This document shows, piece after piece, positions 39,154-48,754 of a stretch of 53,455 bases of DNA. A model generated the notes under the pieces. It was given only the letters and a program-made list of their open reading frames with translations. It was not told the DNA's origin and made no database searches. Both the position numbers and the translations under genes were made by a program. The stretch covers positions 1 through 53,455 of the forward strand of contig JBCDAS010000001.1 in assembly GCA_039185235.1 (NCBI GenBank), in the 5' to 3' direction. Numbering within the stretch: position 1 is the first letter of the stretch; each line of letters starts with the position of its first letter. This DNA is from Pseudomonadota bacterium. GTDB taxonomy: Bacteria; Pseudomonadota; Alphaproteobacteria; Rhodobacterales; Rhodobacteraceae.

Positions 39154-39818
39154 CGCCAGCCAAGATCATCTCGGGCGCAGCGGTGACCTCAATCCTCGCG
39201 GCGCTCTGGCTCGTTGGTCTGCCGGAACACATTGAGGCGCCAGAGAAGCCGGAGGAGCCGGTTTCGCAAGCCCCCGCGCCAGCGCAAATGGCGGAAACCT
39301 CTCCGCCTCTGCCATCGCCTCCCGGCCTCCCTTTCCCGATTGATATCGAGGTCGCTTTCGAGCTCACCGACCATTTTGGCAACGCTGTAACCGCCGAAAG
39401 CTATCGCGGGCGACCGATGCTATTGTTCTTCGGTTTTGCCTCCTGCGAGTCGATTTGCACTGTCGCGCTGCCGCGCATGGGCCAAGCGCTGGAGATATTG
39501 GGGTCTGCAGGCGACGACATCGAAGCCTTGATGATCACGGTTGATCCCGAGCGCGACACGCCCATGGCGCTCCGCCAGAACCTAAAGCGCTGGCATGATC
39601 GCCTGATCGGGCTTACCGGCAACGAAGACGACCTCGCCGCCGTGCGAAACCGCTTCCAGGTGGATGTCAAAATCGTCGCCGAGGATCCAATCGGTGGCCC
39701 GATCTATGCCCATGGCAGCTTTATCTACCTCATCGGTGCCGATGGCGAGCTAAAGACCATGATCCCGCCGATCCTCGGTCCTGAGAAAATCGCGAGCCTG
39801 GCGCAGAAGTATTTCTGA
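39150..39818 (+). CDS. SCO1/SenC-family copper chaperone
   Basis: N-terminal anchor, FGFASCESIC (CxxxC), ITVDPERDTP, conserved His in YAHGSFIYL. Confidence 0.92.
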   Translation: MTPAKIISGAAVTSILAALWLVGLPEHIEAPEKPEEPVSQAPAPAQMAETSPPLPSPPGLPFPIDIEVAFELTDHFGNAVTAESYRGRPMLLFFGFASCESICTVALPRMGQALEILGSAGDDIEALMITVDPERDTPMALRQNLKRWHDRLIGLTGNEDDLAAVRNRFQVDVKIVAEDPIGGPIYAHGSFIYLIGADGELKTMIPPILGPEKIASLAQKYF

Positions 39819-39819
39819 C

Positions 39820-40311
39820 TTGGCCCGAGAGACGGTCATCCCCACGCAACCCTTCGTGCTTTTCCTGATCGGGATGCGCATCAACAAATGGTGGAAGCCA
39901 TGGCACTGGCTTCCGGTTTTCTGGGCGATGGGGCCTATGTTGCGAGAACTGCGGGAGAGCCCAGAGCTCGGCCTGCTCAGCGTTCGCGCCTGGTTTGGCC
40001 GCACCATCATCCTGGTCCAATACTGGGAGGATCATGAGAAGCTCCAAGCTTTCGCCACATCCTCCGACCATCCGCATCTCCCGGCGTGGCGCCATTTCAA
40101 CCGCCGACTAAAAGAGACAGACTCCGTCGGGATTTGGCACGAAACCTATCGCATCGAACCGGGCCAGTTCGAAGGGATCTACAGCTCGATGCCGGCCTTC
40201 GGTCTGGGCACTGTTTTTGAGCTGCAAGAGGCGACCGGTCCTCTGGCAACCGCCAAGGGGCGCATCGCCGCCGCACAAGCCGCGCATGCGAAGATCCCTA
40301 CGGACGCTTGA
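39820..40311 (+). CDS. DUF4188-family protein
   Basis: FVLFLIGMRINK, M.PML.EL, VQYW, H..AW..FN, VGIWHETY, P.FGL. Confidence 0.85.
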   Translation: MARETVIPTQPFVLFLIGMRINKWWKPWHWLPVFWAMGPMLRELRESPELGLLSVRAWFGRTIILVQYWEDHEKLQAFATSSDHPHLPAWRHFNRRLKETDSVGIWHETYRIEPGQFEGIYSSMPAFGLGTVFELQEATGPLATAKGRIAAAQAAHAKIPTDA

Positions 40312-40370
40312 CCCCAGGCTGACGGCAGGTCAGGGTCCGCTCGACAAATCCAGAACCGGAGGATCCCCCC

Positions 40371-41804
40371 ATGAGCTATCCAAAAATCGAGCTTCTTATC
40401 AACGGCCAATGGCAGGATGGCGATGGAGGGGCGGAGGACATCTTGAACCCGGCAACCGAGGAAGTGCTGGGCGAGACCCCTCACGCCTCAACCGCGCAAC
40501 TAGACGCCTCGCTGGCAGCCGCCGATGCCGGTTTCAAGACCTGGAAGGCCATGCAGCCGATCCAGCGCCAGGCAATCATGAACAAAGCCGCCGATGATCT
40601 GGCCGCCAATATCGATCACCATGCTCGCAACCTGACCTTGGAGATGGGCAAGCCGCTGTTCGAGTCGAAACTCGAGCTCGGCTTCGCAATCGACGTCCTG
40701 CGCTGGTATGGTGAGGAGGGCAAACGCGCCTATGGCCGGATGATCCCGCCGCGCATCCCAGGTGCCCGGCAGATCATGGTCAAGGAACCGGTCGGCCCCT
40801 GCTCGGCCTTTGTCGCATGGAACTTCCCAGCGGTGAATGTGATGCGCAAGGTCGCGGGCGCGCTGGGTGCTGGCTGCTCGCTGATCATCAAACCCTCTGA
40901 AGAGACCCCCGCAACTGCCGTTGCCATCGGCAAGGCGCTCCAGAATGCGGGCCTGCCCGAGGGGGTCTTGAACATCGTCTTCGGCGTGCCGGATACGGTC
41001 TCGCGTCACATCCTCGCCTCGCCTGTAACGAAGAAGCTGTCCTTCACCGGGTCGATCCCCGTCGGCAAGCACCTGCAAAAGCTCGCGGCTGACACGCTCA
41101 AACGTTGCACGATGGAACTGGGTGGCCATTCCCCCGTGGTGGTGTTTGACGACGCGGATGTCGACAAGGCGATCCAGGTGATCGGCTCGAACAAATTCCG
41201 CAATGCTGGCCAAGTCTGCATCTCGCCCACGCGGTTCTATGTTCAAGAGAACGTCTACTCGAAATTCGTCGATGGGTTTGCCGAAGTGGCCGATAGCATC
41301 AAGGTCGGCGACGGGCTCGAAGACGGTGTCCAGATGGGCCCGCTGGTCGCCGAGCGCCGTCTCGGCGTGATGCAGGATTGGGTGACGGATGCCCGCGACA
41401 AAGGCGCAACCGTGAAGGCCGGAGGCGAGCGGATCGGCAATAAGGGGTATTTCTGGAAACCCACGATCCTGTCAGATGTGCCAGAGGATGCGCGGATCCT
41501 GACCGAAGAACCCTTCGGCCCGGTCGCCCCTGTGATGCCGTTCAAGCAGATGGACGACGTGCTTGAGCGGGCCAATGCCCTGCCATTCGGTCTGGCATCC
41601 TATGTCTTCACCAGCGATGGCAAGAAAGCCAAGCATATGGAGCAGCAGCTCGAGGCGGGCCTGGTTGGTGTGAACCACCCGATGGTCTCAATGCCCGAGA
41701 CCCCGTTCGGTGGTGTCAACGAGTCAGGCTACGGCTCCGAAGGCGGGATCGAGGGGCTCGAGGCATTCCTGCGCACAAAGTTCGTGACCGAGGTGGATGT
41801 GTGA
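40371..41804 (+). CDS. NAD(P)-dependent aldehyde dehydrogenase (succinate/2-ketoglutarate semialdehyde type)
   Basis: AWNFP, KPSEETP, SFTGS, MELGGH, FRNAGQVC, EEPFGP, PFGG. Confidence 0.93.
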   Translation: MSYPKIELLINGQWQDGDGGAEDILNPATEEVLGETPHASTAQLDASLAAADAGFKTWKAMQPIQRQAIMNKAADDLAANIDHHARNLTLEMGKPLFESKLELGFAIDVLRWYGEEGKRAYGRMIPPRIPGARQIMVKEPVGPCSAFVAWNFPAVNVMRKVAGALGAGCSLIIKPSEETPATAVAIGKALQNAGLPEGVLNIVFGVPDTVSRHILASPVTKKLSFTGSIPVGKHLQKLAADTLKRCTMELGGHSPVVVFDDADVDKAIQVIGSNKFRNAGQVCISPTRFYVQENVYSKFVDGFAEVADSIKVGDGLEDGVQMGPLVAERRLGVMQDWVTDARDKGATVKAGGERIGNKGYFWKPTILSDVPEDARILTEEPFGPVAPVMPFKQMDDVLERANALPFGLASYVFTSDGKKAKHMEQQLEAGLVGVNHPMVSMPETPFGGVNESGYGSEGGIEGLEAFLRTKFVTEVDV

Positions 41805-41862
41805 CATTTCTTCTGAAGGCCGAATGCACTAAGGTGAGAGGAAGTTTCTTTGGGATTATCTG

Positions 41863-42390
41863 ATGCATATTCTTCTTGGCCTCCTTGGAATAATCGGCGC
41901 CTTGGCGCTTTGGTACTGGCGGATTAAGGCGCTCCGCGACGCCGCAGGCGAATTGGGCGATGCCGCCGGTGACGTGCGGCTCGCGGTTCGGCGATTTGGC
42001 TACAAGCGACGCCACAAGACCCATCCAGCCGATTGTGTCGAGGACGCCCGGCTGGCCGCCTCTGGGATCGCGCTTGCCATTGCCGGGTGCGACGGGCCGC
42101 TCAGCCGCGACGAGCTCTCGGCGATGGCGGCTGAGGCGAAACGGGTCTTCGGCACCTCTCAGGACGAAAGCACCGAGATCGCCGCCTTCGGTCGCTGGGT
42201 CCAAGGACAGTGTAAAACACCAGAGGAAGTCGTGCGTCGGCTCTCCCGGATCGTCAGAAAAGAAGCAGGAGCAGATGGCAGTATGCAGTTAATCGACCTC
42301 GTCCCGCGCGTAGCCAAGGCCGATGGGCAAGAGCTCACGGAACGCCAGATGGATCTGATCAACCAACTTCACCGGGAGCTCTCCGCATGA
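41863..42390 (+). CDS. TerB-like domain protein with an N-terminal membrane anchor
   Basis: N-terminal TM segment; IAGCDG.LS.DE and VAKADG..L TerB-like repeats. Confidence 0.7.
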   Translation: MHILLGLLGIIGALALWYWRIKALRDAAGELGDAAGDVRLAVRRFGYKRRHKTHPADCVEDARLAASGIALAIAGCDGPLSRDELSAMAAEAKRVFGTSQDESTEIAAFGRWVQGQCKTPEEVVRRLSRIVRKEAGADGSMQLIDLVPRVAKADGQELTERQMDLINQLHRELSA

Positions 42391-43637
42391 CGGGCCTTGG
42401 TGCGAACCTAACCATTGATGGCGAAAGGCTCTGGAACAGTCTCATGGAAATGGCAAAGATCGGCCCAGGGATCGCTGGCGGTAACAACCGCCAAACCCTA
42501 ACCGATGAGGATGGTGAGGCCCGCCACCTCTTCAAAGACTGGTGCGAGGCGTCAGGCATGTCCGTCGCTGTAGACCAGATCGGCAATATGTTTGCCCGAC
42601 GCGAGGGAACGGAGCCCGATCTGCCACCGGTCTATGTCGGCTCGCATCTGGATACGCAGCCAACAGGCGGCAAGTATGACGGTGTGCTGGGCGTGCTCGC
42701 CGGGCTGGAGCTGATCCGTACCCTAAATGACCGCGAAATCCAGACCCGCCACCCCATCGTCGTGGTCAACTGGACGAATGAAGAAGGGTCACGCTTCACA
42801 CCATCGATGACCGCCTCAGGGGTTTATGCCGGTGCCTATGAACTGGACTGGGCTTTGGAGTTGGAAGACTCGCAAGGCTTCAAGTTCGGCGAAGAGCTGC
42901 GCCGGATCGGATGGCAGGGCGAAGAACCTGTTGGCAATCGTGCGATGAAGGCCTTCTTCGAATATCATATCGAGCAAGGGCCGATCCTCGAGGATGAAGA
43001 TATCGATATCGGCGTGGTCACGCACGGCCAAGGTCTGCGCTGGCGTCGGTTCACGATCAAGGGGCGCGAGAGCCATACCGGTACAACCCCGATGCCCAGG
43101 CGCCGAAATGCAGGCCTCGCCGCTGCTCGGCTGGCCGAGGTCGCGCATCAAGCCGCAATGGCGCATCAACCCAACGCCGTTGGTGCGATGGGACATTTGG
43201 AACTGTCGCCTAACTCTCCGAACATTGTGCCGGGCAAAGCCATCTGCACGGTCGATATCCGCTCTCCCAAGCTTGATATCCTGACCGAGATGCAAACAGA
43301 GATCGAGGGGGCCGCTGGCAGCATATGTGCCGAATTGGACCTCACTTGGGAGGTCACCAGCGCCGGGGCTTTTGACCCGGTCACTTTCGATCCAGATTGC
43401 GTGGATGCCATCAGGCGCGCTGCTGATCGCCTCGGCTACAGCCACCGGAACATTGTCTCAGGCGCTGGTCATGATGCTTGCCTGATCAATAGGGTCGCGC
43501 CGACCGCAATGGTCTTCTGCCCCTGTGTCGATGGTCTCTCTCATAACGAAGCGGAAGAAATCAGCCCAGACTGGGCAATGAAAGGCGCAAACGTTCTCTT
43601 CCATGCAGTGGTCGAAACCGCGGAGATCGTCTCTTAA
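42387..43637 (+). CDS. Zn-dependent N-carbamoyl amidohydrolase (beta-ureidopropionase-like, M20)
   Basis: GSHLDTQPTGGKYDG, NEEG, HIEQGP, SHTGTTPM, SGAGHDA, SHNEAE. Confidence 0.92.
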   Translation: MTGLGANLTIDGERLWNSLMEMAKIGPGIAGGNNRQTLTDEDGEARHLFKDWCEASGMSVAVDQIGNMFARREGTEPDLPPVYVGSHLDTQPTGGKYDGVLGVLAGLELIRTLNDREIQTRHPIVVVNWTNEEGSRFTPSMTASGVYAGAYELDWALELEDSQGFKFGEELRRIGWQGEEPVGNRAMKAFFEYHIEQGPILEDEDIDIGVVTHGQGLRWRRFTIKGRESHTGTTPMPRRRNAGLAAARLAEVAHQAAMAHQPNAVGAMGHLELSPNSPNIVPGKAICTVDIRSPKLDILTEMQTEIEGAAGSICAELDLTWEVTSAGAFDPVTFDPDCVDAIRRAADRLGYSHRNIVSGAGHDACLINRVAPTAMVFCPCVDGLSHNEAEEISPDWAMKGANVLFHAVVETAEIVS

Positions 43638-43658
43638 ACCTCTCTCAAGATGCGCCCC

Positions 43659-43719
43659 CGTGGAGCCCCGTGCCGGGGCCCCACGCGGCCACCGACGCCT
43701 GATCGCAAGCGATCAGGCG
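43659..43719. repeat. Hairpin pair downstream of the amidohydrolase gene
   Basis: CGTGG-A-GCCCCG-TGC-CGGGGC-C-CCACG and a perfect CGCCTGATCGC-AA-GCGATCAGGCG (43696-43719). Confidence 0.65.
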
Positions 43720-43762
43720 ACCGCGGATGGCAGATTTGTCGCGATGCACATATATCTCGAAG

Positions 43763-43854
43763 AACCTGCCACCCGCGTTCCCTCCCCGGATCGGGGAGGG
43801 TTAGGGAGGGGCTGATTCAAAGGTGTATGCGCGGCACGCGCATTCCGCTTGGCT
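43763..43854. repeat. Second intergenic repeat family, copy A
   Basis: AACCTGCCACCCGCGT-TCCCTCCCCG..CGGGGAGGGTTAGGGAGGGGCTGAT...GGTGTATGCGCG-GCA-CGCGCATTCCGCTTGGCT; matches 46951-47039. Confidence 0.85.
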
Positions 43855-43859
43855 CAGCC

Positions 43860-44609
43860 TCAATAGGTTGCTCTACCGCCGGAAAGATCGAAAACGCCTC
43901 CGGTTGTAAAACTGTTCTCAGCGCTCGAAAGCCAGGCCACCATCGATGCGATCTCCTCGACTGTCACGAACCGAGCACGGGGGATCTTTGAGAGCATGTA
44001 ATCGATGTGATACTGCTCCACCTGATCGAAAATCGCAGTCTTTGCTGCCGCAGGCGTAATGCAGTTCACGGCGATGTCGTGTTCTGCCAATTCCTTGCCC
44101 AAGGACTTGGTCAACGCAATCACCCCGGCCTTCGCCGCCGAGTAATGCGCCGCGTTCGGATTGCCCTCCTTACCAGCGATCGAGGCCGTGTTCACAATCC
44201 GCCCATATCCCTGCTCGATCAACATCGGCGCAATCGCCTTGCAGCCATAGAAGACACCGTTCAGATCCAGATCAATGACCTTCCGCCATTCAGCCGGATC
44301 CGTCTCCGCCACCGTTGCATTGGCGCCCGCGATCCCTGCATTGTTGATCAGAATGTCGATCCGGCCCATCTCCGCATGGCTCCGAGCAGCAGCAGATCGC
44401 ACCGCATCCCAATCGGTCAGATCAACCGAGATATGTGCAGCATGCTCCTCCCCTAATTCCGCGACAGCCTGTTCACTCAGCGCGCGATCCACATCCCAGA
44501 TGGTCACAAACGCGCCGGAGGCGATGAAGCGCTCGGCGATCGCGCGGCCAATTCCCTGCGCGCCACCCGTGACAACGGCTTTGCGCCCCTCGAGATCAAT
44601 CTTGTTCAT
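43860..44609 (-). CDS. Short-chain dehydrogenase/reductase
   Basis: TGGAQGIG, NNAG, ASIAG, YSAAK, SGGRATY. Confidence 0.93.
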   Translation of the reverse strand: MNKIDLEGRKAVVTGGAQGIGRAIAERFIASGAFVTIWDVDRALSEQAVAELGEEHAAHISVDLTDWDAVRSAAARSHAEMGRIDILINNAGIAGANATVAETDPAEWRKVIDLDLNGVFYGCKAIAPMLIEQGYGRIVNTASIAGKEGNPNAAHYSAAKAGVIALTKSLGKELAEHDIAVNCITPAAAKTAIFDQVEQYHIDYMLSKIPRARFVTVEEIASMVAWLSSAENSFTTGGVFDLSGGRATY

Positions 44610-45046
44610 CCTTCCTCCCCACCAATCGCTTCCGGCGACCCGATCACTTGATGCACTTCGACAATTGTCCCCGCCGGATCGAGGAAAAAGATCTGGTGCC
44701 AGTACTGAGTGAATGTCGTCCCATAATCCGCGTACCGGACCCCATGCGCCTCCAGATGCGCTTTGAAGGCTGCAATATCATCGGTGCGAAAGGCGATATG
44801 CCCACGCTCCAGCGGGTTGATCGCCTGCCCATGGCGCAATGCGAGATCCAAATCCGTCTCAGCCAAATGAAACTGGACCTGCCCGTCCCCGCGAAAGGCC
44901 ACAGGCGATCTCAGCGCATTCTCATCCAAGGTGGGCAGGGCTTTCATCTCCGGCACATCCCCCTGGCAGAGCACGTCCAAATAGAACCGGTCCAAGCCCG
45001 GCACGTCATGCGACGAGATGTTCAAATGATGGAAGGTTAGTTTCAT
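44606..45046 (-). CDS. VOC/glyoxalase-family protein
   Basis: True start MKLTFHHLNISS at 45046 with GGAGG RBS; FY, QFHL, GHIAF, QIFFLDPAG.IVE. This is the C-terminal part of the spurious 809-aa track ORF. Confidence 0.88.
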   Translation of the reverse strand: MKLTFHHLNISSHDVPGLDRFYLDVLCQGDVPEMKALPTLDENALRSPVAFRGDGQVQFHLAETDLDLALRHGQAINPLERGHIAFRTDDIAAFKAHLEAHGVRYADYGTTFTQYWHQIFFLDPAGTIVEVHQVIGSPEAIGGEEG

Positions 45047-45172
45047 GGTCGTTTCCTCCAAGCCACCCTTCCCGAACCCGCTCTCCAAGTCCAGCCGCTT
45101 GTCGCCAACGACCCCACCCGCTAACGTCGCAAAACCGGGGCAGCCAGACCGCCGGGCTCTAGGGAGACCACC

Positions 45173-46942
45173 ATGACCAAGACGCGCTTGCGCAGCCAGG
45201 AATGGTTCGACAATCCAGACAACCCCGGGATGACCGCCCTCTATATCGAGCGGTATTTGAACTACTCCTACGCCCGCGAAGAACTCCAGGGCGGCGCACC
45301 CATCATCGGCATTGCGCAAACCGGCTCTGACCTCGCGCCTTGCAACAAGATCCACATGTTCCTGGCCGAGCGGGTCAAGGCGGGCATTCGTGCCGCGGGC
45401 GGTGTGCCGCTCGAGTTCCCGGTCCACCCGATCCAGGAAACCGGAAAACGCCCCACGGCAGCGCTTGACCGCAACCTCGCCTATCTGAGCCTTGTCGAAG
45501 TGCTGAACGGCTACCCGATCGATGGCGTCGTGCTCACCACGGGCTGCGACAAGACCACGCCCGCGCAACTGATGGGCGCTGCCACCGTCGACCTCCCCGC
45601 CATCGTCCTCTCGGGCGGGCCCATGCTGGATGGCTGGTGGAAGGGTGAGTTGGCCGGATCCGGCACCGTGGTGTGGGAGAGCCGCCGCCTCCTCGCTGCG
45701 GGTGAGATCGACTACGAGGAGTTCCTCAACCGCGTCTGCTCCTCGGCGCCTTCGCTCGGCCATTGCAATACGATGGGCACGGCCTCGACCATGAACGCCC
45801 TCGCCGAAGCCCTCGGCATGAGCCTCACCGGCTGCGCCGCCATCCCAGCACCCTATGCCGAACGCTCCGCCATGGCCTATGCCACTGGCAAACGCGCTGT
45901 TGAATTGGTCCATGAAGATCTCCGCCCCTCTTCCATCATGACCCGCGAGGCCTTTGAGAATGTCATCCGCGTCAACACCGCCATCGGCGGCTCGACCAAC
46001 GCTCCTCCCCATATGGTCGCGGTTGCGCGCCACGCAGGCATCGACCTCACCACCCAAGACTGGGAGGCCCAAGGCTATGACTTGCCGCTCCTTGTCGATA
46101 TGCAACCTGCCGGGCGTTTCTTGGGCGAAAGCTTCCAACGCGCAGGCGGTGTCCCCGCCGTGATGGGCGAGATGCTCTCCGCTGGCCTCCTCCACGGCAA
46201 TGCCCGCACCGTCTCCGGCAAAACCATGGCCGAGAACCTCGCAGGCCGCGCCAGCGAGGACACTGAAGTCATCCGCCGCCCCGCAGCCCCAATGCGCGAG
46301 AAAGCAGGCTTCCTTGTCCTCTCCGGCAATCTCTTCGACAGCGCGCTGATGAAAACCTCGGTCATCTCGCCGGATTTCCGCCAGCGCTTCCTCAGCGAGC
46401 CCGGCAAAGAAGGTGTCTTCGAAGCCCGCGCCGTGGTCTTTGAAGGGCCCGAGGACTACCATGACCGCCTGAACGCACCGGGCCTGATCCCAGATGACCG
46501 CACGATCCTTTTTATCCGCAATGTGGGCCCGGTCGGCTATCCAGGCGCGGCCGAAGTCGTGAACATGCAGCCCCCCGATCACCTGATCAAAGACGGGATC
46601 GAGCACCTCCCCACTGTCGGCGATGGCCGCCAATCGGGAACTTCGGAAAGCCCGTCGATCCTCAACGCCTCGCCCGAGGCCGCTGTCGGCGGTGGCCTGG
46701 CATTGCTGCAAACCGGTGACCGGGTCCGGCTCGACATCCCCAATCGCCGCCTCGACATGATGATCGAAGATGCCGAACTCGCCCGCCGCCGCGCCGCCCA
46801 TCAACCCATCGAGCTTTCCCACAACACCCCCTGGGAAGAACTCTACCGCGCCCATGTCGGCCAACTCGGCGAAGGCGGCTGCCTGGAATTCGCAACCCAT
46901 TACCGACGGACAAGCGAGACGCTGCCAAGGGACAACCACTAA
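45173..46942 (+). CDS. IlvD/Edd-family sugar-acid dehydratase (xylonate/arabinonate type)
   Basis: LRSQEWF, GSDLAPCN, TTGCDKT, GHCNTMGTASTM, IGGSTN, DGRQSGT. Confidence 0.92.
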   Translation: MTKTRLRSQEWFDNPDNPGMTALYIERYLNYSYAREELQGGAPIIGIAQTGSDLAPCNKIHMFLAERVKAGIRAAGGVPLEFPVHPIQETGKRPTAALDRNLAYLSLVEVLNGYPIDGVVLTTGCDKTTPAQLMGAATVDLPAIVLSGGPMLDGWWKGELAGSGTVVWESRRLLAAGEIDYEEFLNRVCSSAPSLGHCNTMGTASTMNALAEALGMSLTGCAAIPAPYAERSAMAYATGKRAVELVHEDLRPSSIMTREAFENVIRVNTAIGGSTNAPPHMVAVARHAGIDLTTQDWEAQGYDLPLLVDMQPAGRFLGESFQRAGGVPAVMGEMLSAGLLHGNARTVSGKTMAENLAGRASEDTEVIRRPAAPMREKAGFLVLSGNLFDSALMKTSVISPDFRQRFLSEPGKEGVFEARAVVFEGPEDYHDRLNAPGLIPDDRTILFIRNVGPVGYPGAAEVVNMQPPDHLIKDGIEHLPTVGDGRQSGTSESPSILNASPEAAVGGGLALLQTGDRVRLDIPNRRLDMMIEDAELARRRAAHQPIELSHNTPWEELYRAHVGQLGEGGCLEFATHYRRTSETLPRDNH

Positions 46943-46950
46943 CGCGCCAA

Positions 46951-47039
46951 AACCTGCCACCCGCGTCCCTCCCCCGGACACGGGGGAGGTTAGGAGGGGG
47001 CTGATGCAAAACTGCATGCGGGCCCAAGCCCGCATTCCG
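46951..47039. repeat. Second intergenic repeat family, copy B
   Basis: AACCTGCCACCCGCGT-CCCTCCCCCG..CGGGGGAGGTTAGGAGGGGGCTGAT...ATGCGGGC-CCAA-GCCCGCATTCCG. Confidence 0.85.
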
Positions 47040-47060
47040 GTAAGCTAGAAAGGACACTCC

Positions 47061-48023
47061 ATGCGCATTCTCATCATCGGCGGCGCGGGCTTCTTAGGCC
47101 AAAAAATCGCCCGGGCCCTCGCCCAGACCGGCAAGCTCCGGGGCCAGGGGATTGAGAACATCACCCTGGCTGACATTGTCCAGCCGATGAAGGTCGATGC
47201 CCCGTTCCAGGTCTCCACGACATCCCTCGACATCACCGATGCAAGCCAGACCAGCACCACGATCTCCCAAGGCTTCGACGTGATCTTCCATCTTGCCGCC
47301 GTTCTATCCGGGCAATCCGAGGCCGAGTTCGACACAGCGATGCAGGTCAATCTTAAAGGCACCCAAAACGTCCTCGCCGCCGCCCGCGACCTCGGCACCT
47401 GTCCGGTCGTGGTGTTCTCATCCACCCTGGCAGTCTATGGCGGCGAGATGCCAAACCCGATCGAAGACTGGTTCATGACCAACCCGCAAAACACCTATGG
47501 CGCCACCAAAGCCATGGGAGAGTTGCTACTCACCGATATGTCGCGCAAGGGCTTCATCGACGGGCGCGGGCCGCGGCTGCCCACCATCTCGATCCGGCCC
47601 GGCAAACCAAACGCCGCCGCCTCCAGCTTCATGTCCTCAATCTTCCGCGAGCCGCTCCAGGGCCAAGAGGCCCGCTGCCCGGTCAGTCCCGACTACATGC
47701 ATTACTACCTCTCGCCCAAACGCTGCGTTGAAAACCTGATCCATGCCGCCGAGATCTATGGCGCGGCGCTCGGCATGAACCGCTGCTTCGTGCTGCCGGG
47801 CCAAACCCATCGCCTCGGCGATATGGTCGAGACCATGCGGGCCATGGTCGGTGATGCACCTTGTGACCTGATCAATTGGGAACCGGACCCGGTGATCGAG
47901 GCCATCGTTCTCAACTGGGTCAGCCACCTGAACCCGGCCAAAGCCCTGGCGCTCGGCTTCAAGAACGACGAGGGTTTCGAGGACAATCTCCGCTTCTTCC
48001 TCGAGGAGGATATCGCCAAATGA
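47061..48023 (+). CDS. denD: Extended SDR, D-erythronate dehydrogenase-like
   Basis: GGAGFLG, FHLAAVLSGQSE..FD, YGATK, RLPTI.IRPGKPNAAASSF.S.I.REPL. Confidence 0.8.
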   Translation: MRILIIGGAGFLGQKIARALAQTGKLRGQGIENITLADIVQPMKVDAPFQVSTTSLDITDASQTSTTISQGFDVIFHLAAVLSGQSEAEFDTAMQVNLKGTQNVLAAARDLGTCPVVVFSSTLAVYGGEMPNPIEDWFMTNPQNTYGATKAMGELLLTDMSRKGFIDGRGPRLPTISIRPGKPNAAASSFMSSIFREPLQGQEARCPVSPDYMHYYLSPKRCVENLIHAAEIYGAALGMNRCFVLPGQTHRLGDMVETMRAMVGDAPCDLINWEPDPVIEAIVLNWVSHLNPAKALALGFKNDEGFEDNLRFFLEEDIAK

Positions 48024-48754
48024 GCCAAATCATCCTGATCACCGGCGCCAGCCAAGGCATCGGCCTCGCGGTCTCGGAGGCATTCGCCGACGCGGGCTGG
48101 CACGTCGTGATGGCCGCGCGCAATGCCGAGAACATCGCCGCCCATAGCACCCGGCTCGGCGCCCTCGGCGTGCCGACGGATGTGGCCGACCCCGCCTCGG
48201 TCGATGCGCTCTATGCGAAGATCACCGAGACCTATGGCAGGCTTGACGCCGTCTTCAACAATGCGGGCATGGGCACGCCGCCGATCGATCCCGGGGACCT
48301 GAGCTTCGAGCACTGGCGCCAGGTCTGCTCAGTCAATCTCGATGGCGCCTTCCACATCGCCTCGCACGCTTTTCGGATGATGAAGAGCCAGGATCCAAAA
48401 GGGGGGCGGATCATCAACAATGGCTCGATCTCCGCCCATACGCCGCGCCCGGGCTCGGTTGCTTATACAACGACCAAACACGCGATCACTGGGTTGACCA
48501 AATGCATCGCGCTCGACGGCCGCCCCTACAACATCCGCGCCAGCCAGATCGACATCGGCAATGCCGAAAGCCCGATGACCGCCCGTATGAAAGAAGGCGT
48601 GCCTCAAGCCAACACCACCATGGCGATCGAGCCGGTGATGGATGTCCGCCTGGTCGCCCAAACCGTGCTCAGCATGGCCAGCCTACCGCTGGAAGCGACA
48701 ACCCTGTTCCAAACCATCATGGCGGCCGATATGCCTTTTGTTGGGAGAGGCTGA
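48020..48754 (+). CDS. Short-chain dehydrogenase/reductase
   Basis: TGASQGIG, FNNAG, NNGSISA, YTTTK, QIDIGNA, MPFVGRG. Confidence 0.92.
   Translation: MSQIILITGASQGIGLAVSEAFADAGWHVVMAARNAENIAAHSTRLGALGVPTDVADPASVDALYAKITETYGRLDAVFNNAGMGTPPIDPGDLSFEHWRQVCSVNLDGAFHIASHAFRMMKSQDPKGGRIINNGSISAHTPRPGSVAYTTTKHAITGLTKCIALDGRPYNIRASQIDIGNAESPMTARMKEGVPQANTTMAIEPVMDVRLVAQTVLSMASLPLEATTLFQTIMAADMPFVGRG

Noticed and set aside
44606-47035. 809-aa minus-strand ORF
   Set aside because: It is the antisense shadow of the IlvD/Edd dehydratase gene. Only the last 146 codons (from ATG 45046, with RBS) encode a real VOC protein.
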